A stretch of 10,719 bases of DNA, from the NCBI RefSeq assembly GCF_006345805.1, contig NW_021827436.1, forward strand, positions 1-10,719, given 5' to 3'. A program made the position numbers and the translations under genes. Under the pieces are notes generated by a model. The model did no database searches. It was given only the letters and a program-made list of their open reading frames with translations, and was not told where the DNA came from. Of this stretch, positions 1-9,797 are shown piece by piece; the stretch's first letter is position 1, and each line of letters starts with the position of its first letter. The DNA is from Octopus sinensis. Lineage: Eukaryota.

Positions 1-80
1 AAAGAAGAAGAAATAAGAAGAGAAGAAGAAGAAGAAGAAGAAGAGCTAGAAGAAGAGCTAGAAGACGAAGAAGAAGAGCT

Positions 81-113
<33 letters not shown>

Positions 114-162
114 AAGAGCAGAAGAAGAAGAAGAAGAAGAAAGGGGTGGTGGAGGAGGAGGA
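1..162 (+). repeat. (GAA)n microsatellite with GAGCTA variants, ending in (GGA)n
   Basis: GAA run from 1 to 141 with GAGCTA interruptions at 43, 55 and 76, then GGT/GGA triplets to about 162. It is cut off by the window edge. Confidence 0.95.
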
Positions 163-240
163 GATCAAGCAAATTATGCCAAACTAGAAAGAAAAGTGAT
201 TGGAATATATTTCAAGAGATCAAAGATTATTGATGCTCAC

Positions 241-705
241 CAGACACAGACACACACACACACACAAATGAACATACAAATACGCACACGTGCACACACA
301 CACACACAGACACACTCACACACATTTACACAGACAGACAGACACACACACACACTCAAAATATACACACAAATACACACACACTCAAAATATACACACA
401 AATACACACACACACATTCACAGACACTCACACACACACACACAGACACACTCACACACACTTACACAGACAGACAGACACACACACACACACTTACACA
501 GACAGACAGACAGACAGACACACACACAAAATACACGCACACACACACACGTGCACATACACACACACAGACACACTCACACACACTTACACAGACAGAC
601 ACACACACACACACACAGATACACAAAACACACACACACACACACACACTCACGCACACACACGCACGCACTCACACACATACACTCACACACACACACA
701 GGCAC
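241..705 (+). repeat. Compound (CA)n/(CAGA)n microsatellite
   Basis: Degenerate CA run. The motif CAGACACACTCACACACA(C/T)TTACACAGACAGAC recurs at 307, 443 and 568. Confidence 0.95.
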
Positions 706-950
706 ACCACAGACATGAATGCATGCAAGCTATTCAGAGAAGTAGCAGTTTTCTTCTGCTCAACACAAGTCCAGACCTAGTTCGTTTGTCGGTTGCGGAA
801 TCAATTTTTAGATTAATTATATCACATGCAGACTACATGTGCCACAAGAGTTGTGTAGCATACATGGATAGGAGAAATGCCGTATAGAAAAACATAGCAA
901 CTTGTATAATATTTGTATGTACATGTGCATATTTATATATGTGTATATAT

Positions 951-1157
951 GTATCTGTATATATGTATTAATGTATGTGTTTGTGTGTGTATATATGTAT
1001 TAATGTATGTGTTTGTGTGTGTATATATGTATTAATGTATGTGTTTGTGTGTGTATATATGTATTAATGTATGTGTTTGTGTGTGTATATATGTATTAAT
1101 GTATGTGTTTGTATCTGTATATATGTATTAATGTATGTGTTTGTGTGTGTATATATA
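951..1157 (+). repeat. 32-bp minisatellite, about 6.5 copies
   Basis: The marker ATTAAT occurs at 967, 999, 1031, 1063, 1095 and 1127, an exact period of 32. The unit is GT(G/A)T(G/C)TGTATATATGTATTAATGTATGTGTTT. Confidence 0.95.
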
Positions 1158-1406
1158 CTCTTTTACTCCTTTACTCTTTTACTGGTTTCAGTCATTTGAC
1201 TGTGGCCATGCTGGAGCACAGCCTTTAGTCGAGCAAATCGACCCCAGGACTTTTTCTTTGTAAGCTTAGCACTTATTCAGTCGGTTTCTTTTGCCGAACC
1301 GCTATGTTATGGGACGTAAACAAACCACCATCGGTTGTCAAGCGATGTTGGGGGATCAAACACAGACACACAAACATATACACGCACATACATATAATAT
1401 ATATAT

Positions 1407-1453
<47 letters not shown>

Positions 1454-1614
1454 GATGGGTTTCTTTCAGTTTCCGTCTACCAAATCCACTCACAAGGCTT
1501 TGGTCGGCCGAGGCTATAGCAGAAGACACTTGCCCAAGGTGCCACGCAGTGGGACTGAACCCGGAACCATGTGGTTGGTAAGCAAGCTACTTACCACACA
1601 GCCGCTCCTACACC
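1156..1614 (-). mobile_element. tRNA-derived SINE (type 1; CORE-like; resembles octopus OR-type SINEs) with an internal (CA)/(TA) microsatellite
   Basis: On the minus strand the head has a box A-like GGCTGTGTGG and a box B-like GGTTCAGTCCC (1551-1561). It is followed by ACCTTGGGCAAGT (1528-1540), which resembles the MIR/CORE motif, an internal microsatellite at about 1359-1452 and a tandem (AAAGAGTA)n-like tail at 1156-1183. The family name is from memory. Confidence 0.85.
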
Positions 1615-1965
1615 TATGTATACATGCATATATGTATACATATTTATGTGTATGTATGTGTATGTATGTGTATGTATGTGTGTATGTGTGTGTATGTATG
1701 TGTGTATGTGTGTATGTGTGTGTGCATGTATATATGTATGCATGTATACAGGTATGTGTGCATATGTATTTGTCTTTGAAATGCATGCTTGTGTGTGTAT
1801 GTGTATTTATGTATATATGTGTGCACATACGTGCGTCTGTGTGTGTATGTATACATGCATGTATACAGATGTGTATATATCTCTATGACATGCATGCTTG
1901 TGTATGTATGTGTATGTATACACATATGTGTGCATGCATGTGTGTGCATGAGTGTGTATGTATGC

Positions 1966-1996
<31 letters not shown>

Positions 1997-3965
1997 TGTA
2001 TGTATGTATGTATGTATGTATGTATTTATGTATGTATTTATGTTTATTATGTATGTATGTATGTATGTATGTATGTATGTATTTATGTATGTATGTATGT
2101 ATGTATGTATGTATGTATTTATGTATGTATGTATGTATGTATGTATGTATGTATTTATGTATGTATGTATGTGTATGTATGTATGTATGTATGTATGTAT
2201 GTATGTATGTATGTATTTATGTATGTATGTATGTATGTATGTAGGTGTGTATGTATGTATTGTGTATGTATGTAGTATTTATGTATGTATGTATGTATGT
2301 ATGTATGTATTTATGTATGTATGTATGTATGTATGTATGTATGTATTTATGTATGTATGTATGTATGTATTTATGTATTTATGTATGTATGTATGTATGT
2401 ATGTATGTATTTATGTATGTATGTATGTATGTATGTATGTATGTATGTATGTATGTATTTATGTATGTATTTATGTATGTATGTATGTATGTATGTATGT
2501 GTGTATGTATGTATGTATGTATGTATGTATGTATGTATGTATGCATGTATGTATGTATGCATGTATGTATGTATGTATGTATGTATGTATTTATGTATGT
2601 GTGTATGTATGTATGTATTTATGTATGTATGTATGTATGTATGTATTTATGTATGTGTGTATGTATGTATGTATTTATGTATGTATGTATGTATGTATGT
2701 ATGTGTGTATGTATGTATGTGTGTATGTATGTATTTATGTATGTATGTATGTATGTATGTATGCATGTATGTATGTATGCATGTATGTATGTATGTATGT
2801 ATGTATGTATGTATGTATTTATGTATGTATGTATGTATGTATGTATTTATGTATGTATGTATGTATGTATGTATGTATGTATGTATGTATGTATGTATGT
2901 ATTATGTATGTATGTATGTATGTATTTATGTATTTATGTATGTATGTATGTATGTATGTATGTATGTATGTATGTATGTATGTATGTATGTATGTATGTA
3001 TGTATGTATGTATGTATGTATGTATGTATTTATGTATGTTGTATGTATATATATGTATTTATGTATGTATTTATGTATTTATGTATGTATGTATGTATGT
3101 ATGTATGTATGTATGTATGTATGTTATGTATATATTTATGTATGTATGTATGTAGAGTGTGTGTATGTATGTATGTGTGAATGTATGATGTGTGTATGTA
3201 TGTATGTGTGTATGTATGTATGTGTGTATGTATGTATTTATGTATGTATGTATGTATGTATTTATGTATTTATGTATGTATGTATGTATGTATTTATGTA
3301 TGTATGTATGTATGTATGTATGTATGTATGTATGTATTTATGTATGTATGTATGTATGTATGTATTTATGTATGTATGTATGTATGTATTTATGTATTTA
3401 TGTATGTATGTATGTATGTATGTATTTATGTATGTATGTATGTATGTATGTATGTATGTATGTATGTATGTATGTATTTATGTATGTATGTATGTATGTA
3501 TTTATGTATGTATATATGTATGTATGTATTTATGTATGTATGTATGTATGTATGTATGTATGTATGTATTTATGTATTTATGTATGTATTTATGTATGTA
3601 TGTATGTATGTATGTATGTATTTATGTATGTATGTATGTATTTATGTATGTATGTATGCATTTGTGCATGAATGTGTGTGTATATACGTGCATGCTTGCA
3701 TGTGTGTATGCGTATGTATCTGTCTATATGTCTCTGTACATACGGTTGTATGTGGTTATAATGGTCGTGTGTATGTATTAATATGTATGGTTGTATTTAT
3801 GCATGCGAAAGTGTGTCTATATGTATTCATGTGTGTGTATGCACAGTTGTATGTATGTATACATGTGCGTATGCCTCTATGTATGTAATTGAATATATCA
3901 ATGTACGTATGTATGTGTGTGTGTATTTATGAATATGTGTACGGGTGTGTGTATGCGCTTATGTA
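1615..3965 (+). repeat. (TATG)n tetranucleotide satellite with TATT/TGTG variants and degenerate flanks
   Basis: Near-pure TATG from about 1968 to 3660, with mixed TG/TA/CATG flanks on both sides. It accounts for all the MYVC-repeat ORFs. Confidence 0.97.
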
Positions 3966-4069
3966 AGTAAATATGTGTAAATTTTTTTAAGATTGTTTAC
4001 ATTAAACCAATTCATACTCACTCCTCTCTCATTTTCCATCTCTTCTCAGATACTCATTCATTTATATAT

Positions 4070-4093
4070 GATATTATATATATAATATATATA

Positions 4094-4130
<37 letters not shown>

Positions 4131-4175
4131 CATATATATATACATATATTATACATATATATATACATATATATA

Positions 4176-4230
<55 letters not shown>

Positions 4231-4243
4231 CATATATATAAAC

Positions 4244-4274
<31 letters not shown>

Positions 4275-4437
4275 TATATTCATACATATACGTATATATA
4301 AACATACAGATATATACACACAAACACATATGTATATATATATAAATATAAATGTGTATATATATATATACATATATAATATATATATATATAAATATAA
4401 TATACATACATATATAATATATATATATACATGTGTA

Positions 4438-4479
<42 letters not shown>

Positions 4480-4545
4480 CACACACACACACACACACAG
4501 ACATATATATGCACATATATACATTCAAACATACATATGCAAACA

Positions 4546-4579
<34 letters not shown>

Positions 4580-4620
4580 TGAGTGTGTGTGTTGTGTGTG
4601 TATGTGTGTGCGTGTGCATG
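4070..4620. repeat. (TA)n / (CA)n / (TG)n compound microsatellite
   Basis: Read directly: interrupted (TA)n at 4070-4430, then TG-TA-CA-TG blocks. Confidence 0.95.
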
Positions 4621-4648
4621 CATTCTTTAGCCAATTTCTTTCTGCCAT

Positions 4649-4790
4649 AGGATTACAGCCATACACGGGGCACTGACTCAAAGGGTTTAGTCTAATCGAG
4701 GATATTGACCCCCGTTACTTAATTTGTTGATAACTGTTTACCAGTCTTTGCTGGGCGCAAGGACACAAGACTGGATGTTAAGCAGTGCAA
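4649..4790 (-). mobile_element. Degenerate 3' fragment of type 1 SINE
   Basis: CAGCCATACACGGGGCAC...TTTAGTCTAATCGAGGATATTGACCCC and GGATGTTAAGCAGTG align loosely with GGCCATGCTGGAGCAC...TTTAGTCGAGCAAATCGACCCC and GGTTGTCAAGCGATG of 1202-1345. Confidence 0.55.
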
Positions 4791-4817
4791 CAATAGACAA
4801 AAGCATGGACAACAAAA

Positions 4818-4890
4818 GCAGCAGCAATAACAACAACAACAAGCAACATTTACAATAATAACAACAACAACACCAATGAAAATAACAAAA
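4818..4890 (+). repeat. (CAA)n/(CAG)n low-complexity tract
   Basis: AGCAGCAGCAATAACAACAACAAC...AACAACAACAACACC. Confidence 0.85.
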
Positions 4891-4914
4891 TTTACAATAT
4901 CAACAACTCTAAAC

Positions 4915-5012
4915 TCTCTGTTTTAAGTTCAAATTCTGGTAGGAGTGACACTGCTGTGCATCTGCGTCGCCTGGGGACTGTAAAATAAATATCAATCACA
5001 TCACTGATATCA
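4915..5012 (+). mobile_element. Degenerate fragment of type 3 SINE
   Basis: AAGTTCAAATTC...TAAAATAAATATCA resembles GAGTTCAAATTCC...TAAAATAAGTACCA of 10268-10333. Confidence 0.45.
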
Positions 5013-5042
5013 ATTCAATGAACTATACACTTCCTTGTGAAA

Positions 5043-5436
5043 GTGGAGGCGCAATGGCCCAGTGGTTAGGGCAGCGGACTCGCGGTCGTAGGATCTCGGT
5101 TTCGATTCCCAGACCGGGTGCTGTGAGTGTTTATTGAGCGAAAACACCTAAAAAGCTCCACGAGGCTCCGGCAGGGGATGGTGGTGATCCCTGCTGTACT
5201 CTTTCACCACAACTTTCTCTCACGCTTACTTCCTGTTTCTGTTGTACCTGTATTTCAAAGGGCCGGCCTTGTCACTCTCTGTGTCACGCTGAATATCCCC
5301 GAGAACTACGTTAAGGGTACATGTGTCTGTGGAGTGCTCAGCCACTTACACGTTAATTTCACGAGCAGGCTGTTCCGTTGATCGGATCAAGCGGAACCCT
5401 CGTCGTCGTAACCGACAGAGTGCTTCCATCCAACCA
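5043..5436 (+). mobile_element. Full-length tRNA-derived SINE (type 2, tail variant a) with 11-bp target-site duplication
   Basis: Perfect box A TGGCCCAGTGG at 5055-5065 and box B-like GGTTTCGATTCCC at 5098-5110. The tail is CCATCCAACCA(TCC). The direct repeat TCCTTGTGAAA lies at 5032-5042 and 5437-5447. Confidence 0.92.
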
Positions 5437-5508
5437 TCCTTGTGAAATTATGGCTACACCCACCTTTGTACTAATGACAGCAATGCCAGCAACAATGATA
5501 ATGGTAAC

Positions 5509-5616
5509 GATGTTGTTTCAATTCAGTTCAGCTATGGGACATGCAGGCCTGTGTTTGCGATATGATTGATATTTTGCTGCTATTTCTTGTAGGTTCAGCA
5601 ACTGCATCCAGCTTCC
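5509..5616 (+). repeat. Old 108-bp interspersed repeat, copy 1
   Basis: Aligns without gaps to the reverse complement of 7172-7279. By hand count, 65 of 82 positions match over 5535-5616. Confidence 0.8.
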
Positions 5617-5705
5617 TTCACAAAATTATCGAGGTACTGATGTTTTTAAAAATCATTAAATGTTTTATATTGGCACAATGAGATGACTTTCTCTGAGGCC
5701 TCTGA

Positions 5706-5750
<45 letters not shown>

Positions 5751-5754
<4 letters not shown>

Positions 5755-5893
5755 TCATGGAGTGGTTGGCGTTAGGAAGGGCATCCAGCTGTAGAAACAC
5801 TACCAGAACAGACTGGGCCTGACGCAGCCTTCTGGCTTCCCAGACCCCAGTTGAACCGTCCAACCCATGCCAGCATGGAAGCGGACGTTAAAC

Positions 5894-5929
<36 letters not shown>
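5751..5929 (+). mobile_element. 5'-truncated (GAT)n-tailed retroposon (type 4; RTE-related 3' portion)
   Basis: ACACTCATGGAGTGGTTGGCGTTAGGAAGGGCATCCAGCTGTAGAAAC...CATGGAAGCGGACGTTAAAC(GAT)12. It is homologous to the minus-strand element at 7455-7630. The RTE link is inferred from the short tandem-repeat tail and the AGGAAGGGCATCC motif. Confidence 0.85.
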
Positions 5930-5989
5930 ATATATATATTTGTTTATTTATTTATTTATTTATATTTATATAATACATTAAAAGTCAGT

Positions 5990-5992
<3 letters not shown>

Positions 5993-6029
<37 letters not shown>

Positions 6030-6030
6030 T

Positions 6031-6116
<86 letters not shown>

Positions 6117-6139
6117 ATAATATATATATCTATATATAT
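5993..6139. repeat. (AT)n tract at the palindrome centre
   Basis: Read directly. It has scattered single-base interruptions. Confidence 0.95.
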
Positions 6140-6201
6140 TCAAATGACTTTAATGTATTATATAAATATAAATAAATAAATAAATAAACAAATATATATA
6201 T

Positions 6202-6237
<36 letters not shown>

Positions 6238-6369
6238 GTTTAACGTCCGCTTTCCATGGTGGCATGGTTTGGACGGTTCAACTGGGGTCTGGGAAGCCAG
6301 AAGGCTGCGTCAGGCCCAGTCTGTTCTGGTAGTGTTTCTACAGCTGGATGCCCTTCCTAACGCCAACCA
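6202..6369 (-). mobile_element. Mirror copy of the type 4 fragment, within the palindrome's right arm
   Basis: Reverse complement of 5763-5929 with 3 differences. Confidence 0.85.
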
Positions 6370-6408
6370 TATATTATCAGAGGCCTCAGAGAAAGTCATC
6401 TCATTGTG

Positions 6409-6933
<525 letters not shown>

Positions 6934-7171
6934 GAGAGAGAAATAGTCATGGACAGAGAAAGAAGGAGTGGAGAGAAAACAGAAGCAAAGATTTGAAATA
7001 GGAAAGCTTTCAATGTGGAGCAGAAAGAGAGTTATAAAAGTAACACACTGATATTAAGCACTGTGATGGCAGCAGAGAACAGACAATAGCTACATACAAA
7101 ACATAGATAAGGAGGAGAAAATAGATTTCTGCAAACACATACATGATGTTTATGTAACAAGAGAAAAACAA

Positions 7172-7279
7172 GGAGCCTCAATGCAGTTGCTCAAACTACT
7201 AGAAACAGCAACCAGATATCATTCATATCACAAATACAGGCCTGTTCGTCCCAGAATTGAGCTAAGTTTAAACAACATC
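7172..7279 (-). repeat. Old 108-bp interspersed repeat, copy 2
   Basis: The reverse complement aligns to 5509-5616 at about 79% identity. Confidence 0.8.
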
Positions 7280-7454
7280 ATCCAATAATCCAAATCCTTA
7301 CATTTGTGTTATTGACATAATCACTTCTTCTAAGTAAGAACATCTAGAATGCAGATTATCATATATATCTACCTTATTTTTCTCTTGTTGCATAATGATT
7401 ATATACACTCTATGGATATTACAGCCTCAGTGTCAGTGCCATAGGATTATATGT

Positions 7455-7980
7455 ATCATCATCATCATCATTATCATCATCGTTTAACGTCCGCTTTCCA
7501 TGCTAGCATGGGTTGGACAATTTTGACTGAGGGCTGGCGAGCCAGATGGCTGCACCAGGTTCCAATCTTGATCTGGCAGAGTTTCTACAACTGGATACCC
7601 TTTCTAATGCCAACCACTCCGAGAGTGTAGTGGGTGCTTTTTATGTGCCACCTGCACGGAGGCCAGTCAGGCGGTACTGGCAATGACCTTGCTTGAATCT
7701 TTTTGCACGTGCCACCGGCACAGGTGCCGGTGTAGCGATGTTGGTAACGATCACACTCGAATGGTGCCCTTGTATGTGCCGCGGGTACGGAAGCCAGTTG
7801 GCTGCTCTGGCAACGATCACAACGATCACGCTCGGATGGTGCTCTTGGCACCCTACTAGCACAGGCATAAGTGCTAGTAAGGTGACGCTGGTAACAATTA
7901 TACTCGAATAGCTGCTCTGTCAACGATCACACTCGTATGGTGCTCTTTGCACCCCGCTAGCACAGATGCCAGTCATCGAA
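7455..7980 (-). mobile_element. Longer type 4 (GAT)n-tailed retroposon with an internal array of ~65-70-bp monomers
   Basis: (ATC)n tail at 7455-7481 followed by GTTTAACGTCCGCTTTCCATG. 7482-7630 is homologous to 5751-5893. Monomers start at 7633, 7699, 7763, 7838, 7910 (partial) and 7939. Confidence 0.85.
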
Positions 7981-8077
7981 TTGTGCATTTGTTGGAGTGT
8001 AATGGATCAATTGAAGATCTAAATAATTGGGATTAATTTATACTTCTGGGTACATTAATAGCAAACTATGAGTATGT

Positions 8078-8160
8078 CTGTGTGTATGTGTATCTGTATG
8101 TACATACGCACTCACACTTTTACATATACACACACATATATGTATAATATATTTACAGGC

Positions 8161-8191
<31 letters not shown>

Positions 8192-8204
8192 CGTATGTAT
8201 ATAT
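8078..8204. repeat. (TG)/(CA)/(TA) compound microsatellite
   Basis: Read directly. Confidence 0.85.
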
Positions 8205-8291
8205 TTCCCCCACAGATGTGACTGCTTTGTCATTGGTAATGCTTTCTCCTGTATATATGCGTAAATGTAATTTTTTGCCCAACTAACCTGT

Positions 8292-8393
8292 ACTTCATAT
8301 TCGAGGCTCTGATGAAGCTATATGGTGTTACTCAGGCACTCAACTATGAGTCCACTGCATCTCATAGCAGAAACAGCTGTAAGCTAATGAAGT
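8292..8393 (+). ncRNA. Putative type I hammerhead ribozyme (minimal, palindromic stem III form)
   Basis: CTGATGA at 8309-8315 and GAAA at 8370-8373. Stem III is AC-[AGCT]-GT, with cleavage triplet GTA at 8379-8381. Stem I is GGCT/AGCT (8305-8308/8382-8385) plus ACTTCAT/ATGAAGT (8292-8298/8387-8393). Stem II is GCTAT/ATAGC (8317-8321/8364-8368) above an A.A mismatch. Confidence 0.65.
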
Positions 8394-8447
8394 TCAAAAG
8401 ATAACCATTTATTCCTTTGTCATGCTTTTTCCTTGATACATATATAT

Positions 8448-8484
8448 ATCATCATCATCATCATCGTTTAACATCCGCCTTTCA
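8448..8484 (-). mobile_element. Tail-only fragment of the type 4 retroposon
   Basis: (ATC)6 followed by GTTTAACATCCGCCTTTCAT, compared with GTTTAACGTCCGCTTTCCAT in the other copies. Confidence 0.75.
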
Positions 8485-8486
8485 TA

Positions 8487-8706
8487 TGTGCCATATGACT
8501 ATGTCCCTCATTTAAGAAACAGATTGGGTTTATTTACATTTCTGAAAAAAAAAAGATACCCTTTCCCCACCCCTAACTCTAACCCTAACTAACCCTAACC
8601 CTAAAAGAGATTGAAATGCAATAGATCGATTCTAGGGTCATAATTACGGGTGACAATTTCATATGACACCGCTAGAAAAAAACTGCCGTTCAAACCGAAA
8701 AGATCC
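8487..8706. mobile_element. Probable MITE/DNA-transposon fragment containing (CCCTAA)n telomere-like repeats
   Basis: CCCTAA-CTCTAA-CCCTAA-CTAA-CCCTAA-CCCTAA at 8571-8604. It ends in AAAACTGCCGTTCAAACCGAAAAGATCC, which I recall as a terminal inverted repeat of an octopus repeat. The partner TIR is not present in the window. Confidence 0.45.
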
Positions 8707-8859
8707 CTGTAGTGTAATGCTAAAAGGGAACAGTGTCCTAAAGTACTCAGAAGAAGGACAGAAAGGTTGGATAGCAGGGAAGAAATCAGAAGGACAGAAG
8801 GAAAAGATAGAATGAAAATTGGAAAGATGACAACCCAGGGGACTGTATTATGTTATATA

Positions 8860-9177
8860 AAACGATAAACATTGCCCTTTTCAAGCCTAGCCAGGTTCAT
8901 GGGCCCGGTTTGCCGGTTTCTGTGGCATCTGTGTTCCCCCCAGCTGGCTGGGATGCCAGTCCATCGCAGCGTTACTCAAGAAACAGGAAGAGAGAGAGTG
9001 AGAGAAAGTTGTGACAAAAGAGTACAGCAGGGGTCGCCACCATCCCCTGCCGGAGCCTCGTGGAGCTTTTAGGTGTTTTCACTCAATAAACACTCACAAC
9101 GCCCGGTCTGGGAATCGAAACCGCGATCCTATGACCGCGAGTCCGCTGCCCTAACCACTGGGCCATTGCGCCTCCAC
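8860..9177 (-). mobile_element. Full-length tRNA-derived SINE (type 2, tail variant b) with 15-bp target-site duplication
   Basis: The reverse complement of 8979-9177 is about 92% identical to 5043-5240, and the first 45 bp are identical. The direct repeat GTATTATGTTATATA lies at 8845-8859 and 9178-9192. Confidence 0.92.
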
Positions 9178-9651
9178 GTATTATGTTATATACATTGGAA
9201 CAAACTATATCCGACTCTTGGATTTGAGAAGGATTTGGAGCATGTACCATACTTTTGCTGAGATTGTTAGGGGCCTGTGCAATCTTGATCATGCACTGTA
9301 TATATATATATGTACGCGTACATATATGGTTATACTGAGTTATCTATCCAGTTTATCGATCTATATTTTACTGATTACATCATCTTGCTGGCAGGCTGAC
9401 TATTGATTCAAAATGGTCAGTCATGCCTGTTTATCATGGATCCATAGATTTGGTCTTTGTTATTTATCTACAAACAGATCGGCAGTTGATCAACCAGTTC
9501 GTCTTCTTCCCATGCTCATTCAAACAAGTATCATTCATTCATCCTTGGCTGATCTAATTAATGAATCCTTAATACCATGCCAACTGGAATATATAATGAT
9601 TTCTTATATTGGCACAACACTACAACTTTATAGAACATTACATGCCAAGCT

Positions 9652-9702
9652 TTTTTTTGTTTTTGTTTTGTTTAGTTTTTGTTTTGTTTTTGTTTTTGTT
9701 TT
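9652..9702 (+). repeat. (GTTTT)n low-complexity tract
   Basis: Read directly. Confidence 0.85.
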
Positions 9703-9797
9703 TCCTCATTCCTCAGCCTTAGTTGGATATGAAAGGCAAATTGATCCTTGTCGGAGTGTTATACATGGAATTCAAAATACAGAGGGATGAAGCTTAA

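Noticed and set aside
196-780. His/Thr-rich ORFs and their reverse Val/Cys ORFs
   Set aside because: These are translations of the (CA)n microsatellite.
1455-3888. Long ORFs (up to 566 aa) of MYVC repeats
   Set aside because: These are translations of (TATG)n, which has no stop codon on the plus strand. There is no domain content.
4433-4500. (TG)n-(TA)n-(CA)n hairpin
   Set aside because: This self-complementarity is a trivial result of adjacent complementary microsatellites. No unique sequence is mirrored, unlike 5666-6416.
5043-5118. tRNA gene candidate (also 9102-9177 on the minus strand)
   Set aside because: Boxes A and B are present, but there is no convincing acceptor stem and only a 3-bp anticodon-like stem. 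The sequence continues into a SINE body bounded by TSDs.
5593-5633. Apparent 41-bp micro-exon (TTTCTTGTAG|...GAG|GTACTG)
   Set aside because: It overlaps the 108-bp repeat, whose second copy lacks the acceptor context. The peptide is unrecognisable in all frames.
7633-7980. CRISPR-like array, or HDV-like ribozyme (GCC-TCCGTGCA-GGT on the minus strand resembles P3/L3)
   Set aside because: There are no unique spacers or cas genes, and the context is eukaryotic. For HDV, I could not find the P1.1 GG, P2 or the J4/2 catalytic C in the right positions.
8571-8604. True telomere or chromosome fusion scar
   Set aside because: Only about 5.5 degenerate units in a single orientation, lying internally within another repeat.
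9413-9790. 125-aa ORF in partly unique sequence
   Set aside because: No recognisable motif, it runs through a (GTTTT)n tract, and the splice signals are weak.
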